A DNA stretch of 32,000 bases from Caedibacter taeniospiralis (GCF_002803295.2 NZ_PGGB02000001.1:1-32000); one strand, 5' to 3'. Shown: positions 9,870 through 20,475, counted from the stretch's first letter. Numbers and translations: made by a program. The notes: a model not told the origin generated them from the letters alone.

Positions 9870-11340
9870 AATGCACTCGTTTATGCTCCATGCGATTGAC
9901 AAATTCCAGCATGATACGGCTATACAGCTCATCGCCAAGATAAGCATCCTCCCAAGGGTGATCAATCGAAGGATTGTCATTGATTTCAATAATTACGGGT
10001 TTATCGTCAATCATTTTAATGTCTACCCCATATAAATCCCGACCGATTAAACGGCATGCCTTGATCGCGATTTTAATGACCTCCTTGGGCACCTGATGGA
10101 TGCCGAAGGCTTCTGCAGGACCAGCGGTCACGCTTTTTTTGCCGTGATTGACGATTTGCCAGTGATTGGGTGCCATATAATATTTACAGGCATAAAGCGG
10201 CTTATTGTTCAAAATACCGATTCGCCAATCATAATCGGTATAGTGGTATTTCTGGGCAATAATGATTGAGGACTGGGTCAAAAGCGTACTAAGGAGTGTC
10301 GACAATTCTTCCTTGCTTTTGGCTTTTTTAACCCCCTGAGAAAATGAACCATCGGGTATTTTCAACACCATAGGGAGTCCAAGTTTTTCGATAAGCATGT
10401 CACAATCTGGGGCTGAATCATCACGAAAAACAAAATAAGATTCAGGCATGGCTATGTGGTTTTTTTCCAAAAGATTATGCAGATAGACTTTGTTGGTGCA
10501 GCGCATAATGGTTTGTGTGCTATCCATCACAACCAGGCTGTTTTGTTCTGACTTTTTGGCAAACGCATAGCTGTAATGACTGATTTGCGTGGTTGTACGA
10601 ATGAATAAACCATCATATTCAGGCAGGCGAGCATAATCATCTTTGGTGATCAAATCGACATCTACGCCAAGCGCGCGCCCCGCTTTTATAAACTTTTTAA
10701 TTGCCTGATTATTGCTTGGTGGCAGAGACTCATTGGGGTCGACTAAAATAGCCATTTCATACCGATATTGCTTTTGTAATCGAGGTTTACGCCAGACTTT
10801 GGTACTAAAATCGCTTAGTGATTGCGCAAAAAGACTTTCTTCTCTATCGTTTAAACTTTGCAATGAAACGGTGTGCAGACTTTGTATTTGCCAGCTATTG
10901 AGTGTTTTGGCAAAATTAATCTGAAGAATGGGTGCGTTATAGGCATCAAAAATTTTACGCGCAAGCTTAGAAAAACCTGAATACTCTGATGTCCCAAAAT
11001 AAATTTTAATCTCAGAATGATCATCCACACAAAGGCGATCAAGAATTTCAACGCTTTGATTATTAAGACGCATGTTGAGCAAGCTAAACGATAGATCTTC
11101 CAAGTGTTGAAGATTATTAAGTGTGCTCACACTTGGAATAACTCTGTCACCATTGGCTTCAGCAAGCAAAGAAGCGTAGTATCCTTGACCAAGATAGCTA
11201 AGATCCTCAGAGAGGTTAATAAGGTAAGTATTGTGATTATGTTTAGTGGTGAGGTATTCTTTGGTCGTTATCAGGTTATCCGTTGGAAAGTAGGGGGCCC
11301 ATAGATCCAAATGGTCGATTAGTATTTTAAGATCCTTCAT
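9859..11340 (-). CDS. RimK-type ATP-grasp ligase with a ~200-aa N-terminal extension
   Basis: In the 493-aa product, the C-terminal ~290 aa follow the RimK/glutathione-synthase ATP-grasp pattern (LGLPMVLKIPDGSFSQGV, DWRIGILNNKPLYACKY, GVDIK...PVIIEINDNPS). Confidence 0.75.
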   Translation of the reverse strand: MKDLKILIDHLDLWAPYFPTDNLITTKEYLTTKHNHNTYLINLSEDLSYLGQGYYASLLAEANGDRVIPSVSTLNNLQHLEDLSFSLLNMRLNNQSVEILDRLCVDDHSEIKIYFGTSEYSGFSKLARKIFDAYNAPILQINFAKTLNSWQIQSLHTVSLQSLNDREESLFAQSLSDFSTKVWRKPRLQKQYRYEMAILVDPNESLPPSNNQAIKKFIKAGRALGVDVDLITKDDYARLPEYDGLFIRTTTQISHYSYAFAKKSEQNSLVVMDSTQTIMRCTNKVYLHNLLEKNHIAMPESYFVFRDDSAPDCDMLIEKLGLPMVLKIPDGSFSQGVKKAKSKEELSTLLSTLLTQSSIIIAQKYHYTDYDWRIGILNNKPLYACKYYMAPNHWQIVNHGKKSVTAGPAEAFGIHQVPKEVIKIAIKACRLIGRDLYGVDIKMIDDKPVIIEINDNPSIDHPWEDAYLGDELYSRIMLEFVNRMEHKRVHYDD

Positions 11341-11373
11341 TGATGCTTCCTTCGCGTGGTGGTGATTATCTGG

Positions 11374-12639
11374 TTACATCTGCTCTAGGGTTGCAATCTT
11401 AGTGACAACGGCAAGCACCTCAGTCGCTTTTTTAAGATCAGAAACACCAGGTAATGATGGCGCAATACGAATGTTACAGTCATAGGGGTCTTTTCCATAG
11501 GGAAAAGTCGCACCCGCGCTGGTGAGTTTGACGCCTGCATCTTGCGCCATTTTCACAATTTTTTTGGCTAAATTTGGCTGGCTGTTGAAGCTGATAAAAT
11601 AACCGCCTTTTGGTTTTTCCCAGTTTGCAAACTTTCCATTGGCGCCAAGTTCAGCGGTAAGCACCGCATCAACGGTATTAAATTTGGGTTTCAAAATGGC
11701 AGCATGTTTTGCCATGTGACTCATGAAGGTGTTTTTGTTTGGTAAAAGCTTTAAATGATGCAATTGATTAATCTTGTCATAACCAATCGTCTGCACTTTA
11801 AGATGCTTGATAAGCCAGTCATGATTAGCTTTATTTGCAGCGATAACAGCTACTCCAGCGCCTGCGTAGGTGATTTTGGAGGTGGAAGCAAATACAAACG
11901 CTCGATCAGGGGTCCCTGCTATTTCACACTCGGTTAAAATATTGAGAATGTCGATTTGTTGATTCATATCCAAGTGGTGTAGCGCATAGGCGTTGTCCCA
12001 GAAAATCCTAAAATCGCTTGCAGCGGTTGGCATTTGCGCTAAACGCCTGGTTGTTTCGTCGCTATAGCATTCGCCTGTTGGATTACTGTATTTTGGCACG
12101 CACCACATCCCTTTGATGCTGCTGTCTTCTGCCACCAGTTTTTCCACTTGATTCATATCGGGACCATGCCCAGTCAGCGGAATGTTGATCATTTCGATAC
12201 CAAATGACTCGCAGATGGCAAAATGTCTGTCATAGCCAGGAGTGGGGCACAAAAATTTAATTTTTCCCCGTTCAGACCAGCTTTTTGTTTGCCCTGGCAG
12301 TTTGTGTACCAGCGCTTTAATAATGATATCATACATCAAGTTAAGCGACGAGTTGCCACCAATGATAATTTGCTGTGGCTCGACAGCAAATACGTCTGCA
12401 AATAACTTTTTAAGTTCGGGTAAGCCCGTGAGTAACTCAGGGGGGCTGTAGTTGCGATAATCTGGTGGCAATACAACCTCGTTGTGATCGAGGTTATGCA
12501 ATAGCGCATCGGATAAATCAAGTTGTTCGGCACAAGGCTTGCCGCGAGTCATATCAAGGCTTAATCCTTGATTAACAAAAGCTTGGTAGCGTAATTTTAG
12601 TGCATCTAATTCATGGCTGTTGGATACGGCAAGCATCAT
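11374..12639 (-). CDS. PLP-dependent aminotransferase (class I/II fold)
   Basis: The 421-aa product shows an aminotransferase pattern (SNPTG, FWDNAY, a STSK-type lysine region FASTSKITYAGAG, and RIAPS near the C-terminus). Confidence 0.75.
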   Translation of the reverse strand: MMLAVSNSHELDALKLRYQAFVNQGLSLDMTRGKPCAEQLDLSDALLHNLDHNEVVLPPDYRNYSPPELLTGLPELKKLFADVFAVEPQQIIIGGNSSLNLMYDIIIKALVHKLPGQTKSWSERGKIKFLCPTPGYDRHFAICESFGIEMINIPLTGHGPDMNQVEKLVAEDSSIKGMWCVPKYSNPTGECYSDETTRRLAQMPTAASDFRIFWDNAYALHHLDMNQQIDILNILTECEIAGTPDRAFVFASTSKITYAGAGVAVIAANKANHDWLIKHLKVQTIGYDKINQLHHLKLLPNKNTFMSHMAKHAAILKPKFNTVDAVLTAELGANGKFANWEKPKGGYFISFNSQPNLAKKIVKMAQDAGVKLTSAGATFPYGKDPYDCNIRIAPSLPGVSDLKKATEVLAVVTKIATLEQM

Positions 12640-13179
12640 TTATTTTCCCCAAGCGATGACAAGATAAATATATATGCCTATGTACAACAAGAAAAATACA
12701 AAAGGCATATAGGTTTCAATGCGTTTTAGTGGCGTGAAAGAGCCTTTTTGCAGTGCAGTAACGCGTTCTGCCGAGAAAATTGGACTTGACGGCAAGCGTT
12801 TTTCCAGGGCTCCAATGACTTGCTCCTTGATGTTGACCGTATGGCGATAAAAGCGTACCACGCGCCACCAGCAGTAGCAAATGGCTAATAATCCCAATAA
12901 GGGTAGAACAAGCAAGCTCAGGGATAGTTCAGTGCTTGAGCGGCTAATGCCAAGCGCCATAATGCCGACAATGGCAATATTGGTAATTAAAAAAAACAAG
13001 TTGATGGAAACGCGGCGAAAGCTGGCGCGATCAGCCATTTCAACGTAAATTTTATATTGCTCAATTAGTAATGAATAATATTGCTCATTGCTGAAATGAT
13101 CTTGCTCTTCATTCCATAAATTATCCATGTTGATGTTATCATAACGACTCATGAATGATTGACTCCAATTGGTTGACAA
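12640..13179 (-). CDS. Small integral membrane protein (possibly RipA-like), first gene of the four-gene operon
   Basis: The 179-aa product has an N-terminal soluble helix (YKIYVEMADRASFRR) followed by 3 hydrophobic segments. Its stop abuts the start of the aminotransferase gene. Confidence 0.55.
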   Translation of the reverse strand: MSTNWSQSFMSRYDNINMDNLWNEEQDHFSNEQYYSLLIEQYKIYVEMADRASFRRVSINLFFLITNIAIVGIMALGISRSSTELSLSLLVLPLLGLLAICYCWWRVVRFYRHTVNIKEQVIGALEKRLPSSPIFSAERVTALQKGSFTPLKRIETYMPFVFFLLYIGIYIYLVIAWGK

Positions 13180-13389
13180 TTTAACGCTAGCCAGAGTAGC
13201 AGATTTGAAGGCATTGGACTATGGCAAAATGGCGTATTCTGTTATAAATCTATCTGGATTGCAGCACACCTCCTGCGGGCTTTTTGATTTTTAGATTAGC
13301 CACAGCGTCAAACAACTGTAATCTTTCGCTCTTCTTTAAATCAAAAAAAATTGCCAACTCGACCTAAGCTAACACCAAATGTAGCAACA

Positions 13390-14016
13390 TCACACATTTG
13401 TCTCGGAGCCTTTTGTGAGCACTACGCTTCGTGCCTTTAAAGCGAGCTTTTGAATGATGGTGGGATATAACTCATGCTCTAATGCTTTAACGGTTTGCTC
13501 AAGGGTTGCAGCAGTATCAAAGGGTAAAACCTTCATGCGCTTTTGGGCGATGATTTTTCCACCATCCAGACTTTCATCAACATAGTGGATGGTTGTTCCA
13601 TGTTCTCGATCTTTGGCATCAATGACGCGCTGATGGGTATTTAAGCCCTTATGTTTTGGCAGTAATGAAGGATGAATGTTAATGACTTTGTGTTCATATT
13701 GATGAATGAATGTGGAAGATAAAATACGCATAAATCCGGAAAGTACAATGAGATCTGGTTGAAATGGTGCGATAAGCTCAGTAAGTCTTTGATCGTAGTT
13801 TTCGCGAGACTGTTTTTTGTGCTTCGGTAAAAACAGGCAAGGAATATTTGCCCTTAAGGCACGCTGAACGGATTCGGAAGGGGTGTCTGACACAACCGCT
13901 CTGACTTCAATGTTATGCTGCAAATGAAGTTTATCAATAATAGCCTGCAGGTTCGAGCCAAAGCCTGATGATAAAATAACGAGTTTAAATGGATTATCCG
14001 TGGACATAGTTGACAA
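13390..14016 (-). CDS. purN: Phosphoribosylglycinamide formyltransferase
   Basis: The 208-aa product carries [26 protein letters not shown] and the [11 protein letters not shown] motifs. Confidence 0.9.
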   Translation of the reverse strand: MSTMSTDNPFKLVILSSGFGSNLQAIIDKLHLQHNIEVRAVVSDTPSESVQRALRANIPCLFLPKHKKQSRENYDQRLTELIAPFQPDLIVLSGFMRILSSTFIHQYEHKVINIHPSLLPKHKGLNTHQRVIDAKDREHGTTIHYVDESLDGGKIIAQKRMKVLPFDTAATLEQTVKALEHELYPTIIQKLALKARSVVLTKGSETNV

Positions 14017-15037
14017 AAGCTTGTTGTTGTTTACTCTGACTTAGGTAACCGATTTCCCACGCGCTTTCGCCCATGGCTGTTAGCGCGTTGAGCACAGCAT
14101 CTTTATCTTCTTTAGCAACAGCCATCACCATCCCCGCCCCGCAGTTAAAGGTTCTTAGCATCTCATGCTGGACAATACTTCCTTTTTGCTGAAGCCATTG
14201 GAAGATTGCAGGCAATTGCCAGCTGTTTAGATTGATATTCGCACAGGTATAATCAGGAAGCACTCGGGGAATATTTTCAGTAAATCCACCACCTGTAATA
14301 TGTGAGATGGCATGAATGTCAAACTTTTCAAGAAGGGTTAAAATCGTTTTAACATAAATTCTCGTTGGTGTTAATAAAGTTTTGCCCAAGGTGCTCTCGC
14401 CAAACGGCATGCTCAAATCTGCTTTAACGTGCGAGATGACCTTGCGCACCAGCGAATAGCCATTGGAGTGAACGCCCGATGAAGCGATGGCAATAAGTAT
14501 ATCATTAGCTTTAACTTTGCTGCTTGAGATGATTTTATCTTTTTCAACAATCCCGACACAAAAGCCTGCCAGGTCATATTCTTCAGCCTGATACATGCCT
14601 GGCATTTCAGCGGTTTCGCCACCAACCAGCGCGCAACCTGATTGTCTACACCCATCAGCAATGCCAGAGATGACCTTGGCAGTCTGATCAGCATTGAGTT
14701 TTCCTGTGGCATAATAGTCAAGAAAAAACAAAGGTTCAGCACCACCAACGATTAAATCATTGACACACATCGCCACAAGGTCTATGCCAATACTGCTGTG
14801 ATCATTTAAATCAAAAGCAAGCTTTAGCTTGGTGCCGACACCATCTGTACCAGAAACAAGCACGGGTTTTTTGTAGCGATCAAGCGGGATTTCAAACAGC
14901 GCACCAAAACCGCCTAATCCCCCAAGCACCTCTTTGCGCATCGTAGATTTTGCTAAGGGTTTTATTTTTTCAACAAGCAGGTTCCCTTCATCGATGCTCA
15001 CACCAGCGTCCTGATAGCTTAATGATTGATTTGCCAT
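13994..15037 (-). CDS. purM: Phosphoribosylformylglycinamidine cyclo-ligase (AIR synthetase)
   Basis: The 347-aa product carries [25 protein letters not shown] and [11 protein letters not shown]. It overlaps purN, the typical purMN arrangement. Confidence 0.93.
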   Translation of the reverse strand: MANQSLSYQDAGVSIDEGNLLVEKIKPLAKSTMRKEVLGGLGGFGALFEIPLDRYKKPVLVSGTDGVGTKLKLAFDLNDHSSIGIDLVAMCVNDLIVGGAEPLFFLDYYATGKLNADQTAKVISGIADGCRQSGCALVGGETAEMPGMYQAEEYDLAGFCVGIVEKDKIISSSKVKANDILIAIASSGVHSNGYSLVRKVISHVKADLSMPFGESTLGKTLLTPTRIYVKTILTLLEKFDIHAISHITGGGFTENIPRVLPDYTCANINLNSWQLPAIFQWLQQKGSIVQHEMLRTFNCGAGMVMAVAKEDKDAVLNALTAMGESAWEIGYLSQSKQQQAFVNYVHG

Positions 15038-15064
15038 GATTTTACGCCACTTGACACGTTTGCA

Positions 15065-15433
15065 ATGGGGAAAATTATAAGATACATAGAGCTAAAAGTC
15101 GCCTGGTTATCATCTATTTTTTGCGGCGCTAAATTTTTATTTTCATTTGCCATAATATTTTTTCTGTCAAGCTGTGCTACGACAGAACTAACAAAAGGTG
15201 GAAGGCTAGTTAGAGAAATAAATATTGATTGGCAAAATGAATGTAAATTTCTAGGTTACGAGACAGTTTATGAAAGCCCCTTTTCAGCCAGAGGAACTGG
15301 AAATATTAAAATGAGAAACAAGGTTTATGAGTTAGGTGGGAACGCATATATCAAAAAATCATGGATTCCAATATTTGGGAAATGGGAGCTTAATTTTGAA
15401 GCGTACAAATGCAAGGAGTATGAGGTCATTTAA
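15065..15433 (+). CDS. Small putative lipoprotein (DUF4156-like)
   Basis: There is a signal peptide plus lipobox (FFLSSC) followed by a ~90-aa mature domain ending in YKCK. The start at the internal Met (15065) is favoured because the track start at 15026 overlaps purM. Confidence 0.55.
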   Translation: MGKIIRYIELKVAWLSSIFCGAKFLFSFAIIFFLSSCATTELTKGGRLVREINIDWQNECKFLGYETVYESPFSARGTGNIKMRNKVYELGGNAYIKKSWIPIFGKWELNFEAYKCKEYEVI

Positions 15434-15585
15434 TAGTCATCGTTAAATCGTCTGGTGACGGTTTAGATATGCTTTTTTCTAAGCCTTTCTCTTTTCGACC
15501 ATCCTGCCTCAAAGCGTAAGCAGCCATTTGCAAGTCCGTAGCAAATAGCGCTCATCCGTGCGCTACTTCGTAGCAAATTAACTTA

Positions 15586-15793
15586 ACCGTTTTCGCCCTG
15601 TGCGGCAGTGAACGCTTCAATATTTATCTTATTAATTTCATTATTTTTCTAAGCTGCCTGTACGGCAGTGGACTAAAGAAGATATAGCTGCTAAAAAAAT
15701 AGCAATTTCTAAGCTGCCTGTACGGCAGTGGACAACAACCTTCATATGTGGGGCTTCCGCAATCTTTTCTAAGCTGCCTGTACGGCAGTGGAC
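15586..15793 (-). CRISPR. Type I-F-style CRISPR array: 4 repeats of 28 nt (the trailer-most one degenerate) and 3 spacers of 32 nt
   Basis: The minus-strand repeat GTCCACTGCCGTACAGGCAGCTTAGAAA sits at 15646-15673, 15706-15733 and 15766-15793. A degenerate copy GTTCACTGCCGCACAGGGCGAAAACGGT sits at 15586-15613. The periodicity is exactly 60 nt. The repeat closely matches the I-F consensus GTTCACTGCCGTACAGGCAGCTTAGAAA. Confidence 0.9.
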
Positions 15794-15939
15794 TGCAAAA
15801 TTTTAGATTAAAGCGCAGATAAAATAAAGGGTTGCTGACGCGTTGCCAATAAAAACCCTTATTTTTTAGTCATACTCTAAAGGCTTGATTTTTAAAGAAC
15901 TTCCAGCAGCCCCCCAAAAAAAGGGTTCAGCCTCAATCG

Positions 15940-16855
<916 letters not shown>

Positions 16856-17080
16856 AGCATAGAAAATGGTACTTGATTTTACATACGTTCTGTACGTAAA
16901 TTCGCTAACCTACGCTTCCATTGCATCTATGCAGGTGACAAAATATCATATTGACACATAAACACAAGTAGAAATATACCCGCCAACCCCATTGGCAAGT
17001 AATGAGGACAAGTGGTTAGCGCACAAGTAGTTATACTTTTGAACTGTTAAACATCGAGCTTGCAGAATTCACGGGGAAAT

Positions 17081-17374
17081 TTATAACAACAGCACCGACT
17101 TAAACACATCTGCAACTGCCTTAGCGCCATAGTGTTCTATTTTATTGCGACCATTTTTGCCCAATTTGTAAAAACGCAGGCTATCCATTTCTGGATCATA
17201 ACTATCCAAAAGTTTCATTTTCAACACACACCATTGATCGGGGCTTATGTCACATTCAAATACTGAGTTTTGCACCCTAACCCCATAATCCTGACAGGTC
17301 TCTGCAATTTTTCTTAAACGCCGAACGCCAGTTTCTTCCTTCAGTGATACATCATAAGTGATTAAAATAAGCAT
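17081..17374 (-). CDS. cas2: CRISPR-associated endoribonuclease Cas2
   Basis: The 97-aa product begins MLILITYDVS and contains VQNSVFEC. It is the last cas gene before the array. Confidence 0.9.
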   Translation of the reverse strand: MLILITYDVSLKEETGVRRLRKIAETCQDYGVRVQNSVFECDISPDQWCVLKMKLLDSYDPEMDSLRFYKLGKNGRNKIEHYGAKAVADVFKSVLLL

Positions 17375-17460
17375 CTGCTTCTCCCGAATAGCCTGTGTTT
17401 TTATTCACTTTAAAACTCACGTAAACGCACAGGCTGTTTTAACAAGACCATTAGAACCCT

Positions 17461-18703
17461 CTATTTAGGCATAAATGGTGGGTAAGCATCCAAGTCACCT
17501 CTTAAATGCCGCGCCAATAAAAGTGCCTGAACATGTGGCAATAACCCGATTTGCACCTCTTCACCCAAAAATGGGTGTTGGATCGTTTCCTGCTTACGGT
17601 CGCTGCGAGCCATGGAGAGCGGAACGCGAGGGCGAGTAGACCCGGGTAGCCTTGCGCTGTTGATCAGCAAGCGACGTGCCGAAGGCGCCAGAGCGAAGTC
17701 TGTGAAACAGCTTTTACCCAAGGCGTAGAGTAGAATCCCGGGCAAAATTTATACCGCCGAGGATAGCCGATTCGATTTTGTGTATGGATATACAAAATCT
17801 ATCATGAGGCCCGAGGCACCCTATTTGTAAAGTTACAAGCAATAGTTTTCTGGTATCATCCTTGAGTTTTACAGAACCACCCACTTCAATTTCAAAGTCC
17901 TGAGGTTTCACTTGACGTCGATTAATTAAACTCAACACCATACGATCAACAAACCAGGCACGAAACTCCTCCAAAATATCTTGTGCCAAACTATCTCTAC
18001 CGGGGCGCACTTGATGAAGAAATCCCATCTGTGGATCAAGCCCAACCCCCTGCAAAGCAGCACTGATGTCATTACCGACGACGCTATACAAAAATGATAG
18101 CATTGCATTTACAGGATCTAATGGTGGACGACGACTACGAGTATTAAATTGAAAATCTGTCCGAGCCACAGGTAGGATTAATTCATTAAAAACACCAAAG
18201 TAAGCAGATGCCGCCTCGCCTTCTAAACCTAAAATAAGCTCTAGACTTTGTGCTTTTTGCAAGCGGCGAAGTGCATAGCTTATTTTCTCAATGGCATTTT
18301 CGACTTCGCTATTTTGGTCATGATTTCGCACCCTACGATAAAGTACCGCACGAGATGAATTAAGCTTGGCAGCAATAACATTTCTGGCAATAGCCACGGG
18401 ATTGAGCTCGGCTATTTTATACTGTGTTTTACGCAATATAACATTACCATTTTGTCTACCATGCAATCGTCCAAGAAAACGTCCATACTCGGTAAAGAAA
18501 GCAAGGTGAACATTGTTTTCACCGCAAAATCCCAGTAAGAAGGGGGATAGCATTACATTGCCAAAACAGTAAATTGCCTGAATAGCATGAATAGGTAACT
18601 GCATTACTTTCTGCTTTGCGACTTCAATAACAAGCGTTTCACGTTCTTTGTGCAAATAAGCGCCCTGCCTAGTAATGTAAAGGGTGTTTTGTAATTTCTT
18701 CAA
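17461..18703 (-). pseudogene. cas1: cas1 (type I-C) interrupted by a 220-bp element at 17601-17820
   Basis: The upstream piece (18703-17821) ends ...DDTRKLLLVTLQ(I). The downstream piece (17600-17464) reads (D)[45 protein letters not shown]. Deleting 17601-17820 gives one 340-aa ORF of typical Cas1 length and C-terminus. Confidence 0.9.
17601..17820 (-). mobile_element. GC-rich non-coding insertion element, copy 1 (220 bp), inside cas1. On the gene's sense strand it reads GGTGCC...GCAGCG
   Basis: It shares a ~70-nt left module and a ~104-nt right module with 19747-19934 and 23600-23803. It has no ORF. Boundaries come from a three-way alignment and are good to about +/-3 nt. Confidence 0.85.
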
Positions 18704-19338
18704 TCCAAATCCTCCCTGAAAAGAGCATTAACATACAGCTGACTTTTATCTTTGAACGTCAACTTTGGATTACATAAATCATATAAGGAACAGGCATTAC
18801 ACTTTTTTTCATATTTAACTTTCGGTGTAACACCAGCCTGCAACAAAAGACGCGTTTCATCAACAATCTGTAAAGTCTCATCACGTAAAGCCTTCGTTAA
18901 TTCAACATCAATTCGGTGACGACTTTGCCAATACCACATTGCTGCGCGAGGAATGACTGTATTAAGCATCTCTTCCAGACACAACGCCTGCGCGCACAAC
19001 TGCACAAGATCAATATGATCTTCCTTAGGTTTCCCACGTTTATACTCAACAGGAAAACATGAACCTGTTTTAGTATCAAGTTCAACAAGGTCAAGCTTGC
19101 CAATCAACCCAATCTTAGGCGCTGATACATGCACACCACGTTCATAACGTATACCTTTACGCGTCTCAGGCACCCCGCTATCCACTCGCTGATGCAACTG
19201 CTGTCCTTGTGCGGTCAACCAATTCTCAGCCCATGCCTGCTCATTGTGAATAAGAGCGCATTGCCTGGGGCAGAAAGCATAGTGTTGCAAAGCAGAGAGG
19301 GGGATCAGGAGAGAATCGTCCAATTTAAAATCCATCAA
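18700..19338 (-). CDS. cas4: CRISPR-associated exonuclease Cas4
   Basis: The 212-aa product has an N-terminal Cys (YAFCPRQC) plus a C-terminal CNACSLYDLC cluster, and the RecB-like motifs (DLVE, EYKRGK). It overlaps the cas1 start by 4 nt. Confidence 0.88.
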   Translation of the reverse strand: MMDFKLDDSLLIPLSALQHYAFCPRQCALIHNEQAWAENWLTAQGQQLHQRVDSGVPETRKGIRYERGVHVSAPKIGLIGKLDLVELDTKTGSCFPVEYKRGKPKEDHIDLVQLCAQALCLEEMLNTVIPRAAMWYWQSRHRIDVELTKALRDETLQIVDETRLLLQAGVTPKVKYEKKCNACSLYDLCNPKLTFKDKSQLYVNALFREDLD

Positions 19339-20349
19339 TTATTTCAGGCTTAAGACCTTCAAGATCAGCAAGTGAGAAACTTCCATCAGGATTCACCGTT
19401 AACGATCGATGTACTTTTGCTGATGAGTGTTGCCCCGATCTGGAATTATGCAGCCACCAGATCAGTTTTTCCACCGCCATGGAGCCTTCTGGTCTTGCAG
19501 AAGAAGCATCACCCTCAAACAACTTTGGGAATATAGATTTTATGGTCTCTGCATCCGCATCGCTAAAACCAGTTTTTTCGGCTAGCTGCGGCGACATCGC
19601 GCCATAGGCAACGTAAACAGCAGTATCGACTCTGTGTTTCATACCCATGGTATCGGAACTTTTTTTACTGCCATCGCCATCACCACTAACACTTTTGGTA
19701 ATTTGCGTACTGGTAATGCTTACTGGCTCAATACTGAAAGCCGTAGGGTGCCTCGGGCCTCATGATAGATTTTGTATATCCATACACAAAATCGAATCGG
19801 CTATCCTCGGCGGTTTGGATAAAGCTGTTTCACAGACTTCGCTCTGGCGCCTTCGGCACGTCGCTTGCTGATCAACAGCGCAAGGCTACCCGGGTCTACT
19901 CGCCCTCGCGTTCCGCTCTCCATGGCTCGCAGCGAATGAATACTCACCGGACCACGGATAGGAATTGATACCCCATCCTTTTCTTCACTTTTAAAAGCAA
20001 ATAGTTGTCCAAAAGCACGCACATCGAACCAAGTTTCACAAGCTTTTTTTGCAGCAGTTTCTGGCTTGATTTTTTTAGCGTTTAAAACATCTTTACCTAG
20101 CACACCTTCAGCCCTGGCTCGAAGACTGTGATATTCATCCGTCTTCTTTTCATCTGACTGAACAAAAATAGCCTGGCCCGCATCTTGGAGGCGATCTCTT
20201 GCTTTTCGCTTCAAACATACATCTGTAACTTCGCCAAAACCATCATAATCTGTACGTGGCCGGTTACCATTTAAAGGATCACCGTTCGGATTAGCGTTTT
20301 TTACGGAAAAAATAATGGCGAAATCGATTTTTTTGCTCAGTGAATTCAT
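19325..20349 (-). pseudogene. cas7: cas7 (csd2, type I-C) interrupted by a 188-bp element at 19747-19934
   Basis: The N-terminal piece reads MNSLSKKIDFAIIFSVKNANPNGDPLNGNRPRTD...GVSIPIRGPVSIH. The C-terminal piece reads (T)AFSIEPVSITSTQITKSV...MGMKHRVDTAVYVAYGAMSPQLAEKTGFSDADAE.... Deleting 19747-19934 yields a single 278-aa ORF. Confidence 0.9.
19747..19934 (+). mobile_element. GC-rich non-coding insertion element, copy 2 (188 bp), inside cas7 and inverted relative to copies 1 and 3
   Basis: The plus strand reads GGTGCCTCGGGCCTCATGATAGATTTTGTATATCCATACACAAAATCGAATCGGCTATCCTCGGCGGT...CACAGACTTCGCTCTGGCGCC...CCATGGCTCGCAGCG. This is the reverse complement of the plus-strand reading of the other two copies. 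It lacks the ~32-nt central segment of copy 1. Confidence 0.85.
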
Positions 20350-20475
20350 TGTTGCTCTCCTTCATTGGTAGTTAATTCTATTTCGGATTTGGTTACCCAC
20401 ACACCCTTTTCCAACTTATGCTCCCTTAACCATTTTCGTTGGCAATGAAAGCCCAATAGGTACTCCCCGCTTAAC

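Noticed and set aside
6969-15000. Many antisense or overlapping track ORFs lie inside glpK, the ATP-grasp gene, the aminotransferase gene and purM (for example 6969-7298, 7441-7710, 10712-10924, 12242-12451 and 14413-14748).
   Set aside because: They are embedded in well-supported longer genes with recognisable family motifs. They have no independent support.
15472-15485. TTTTCTAAGCC upstream of the I-F array resembles the first ~10 nt of the repeat, so I considered it as an additional decayed repeat.
   Set aside because: It is out of phase with the exact 60-nt periodicity, and the remaining 18 nt do not match. It cannot be distinguished from chance.
19647-19968. Track ORFs 19647-19871 and 19762-19968, together with 23527-23778, 23584-23790 and 17461-17745 in part, share peptides such as GCLGPHDRFCISIHKIESAILGG and [28 protein letters not shown].
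   Set aside because: They are read-throughs of the repeated element in arbitrary frames, which explains the shared peptides. They lack starts or RBSs of their own, and the frames differ between copies.
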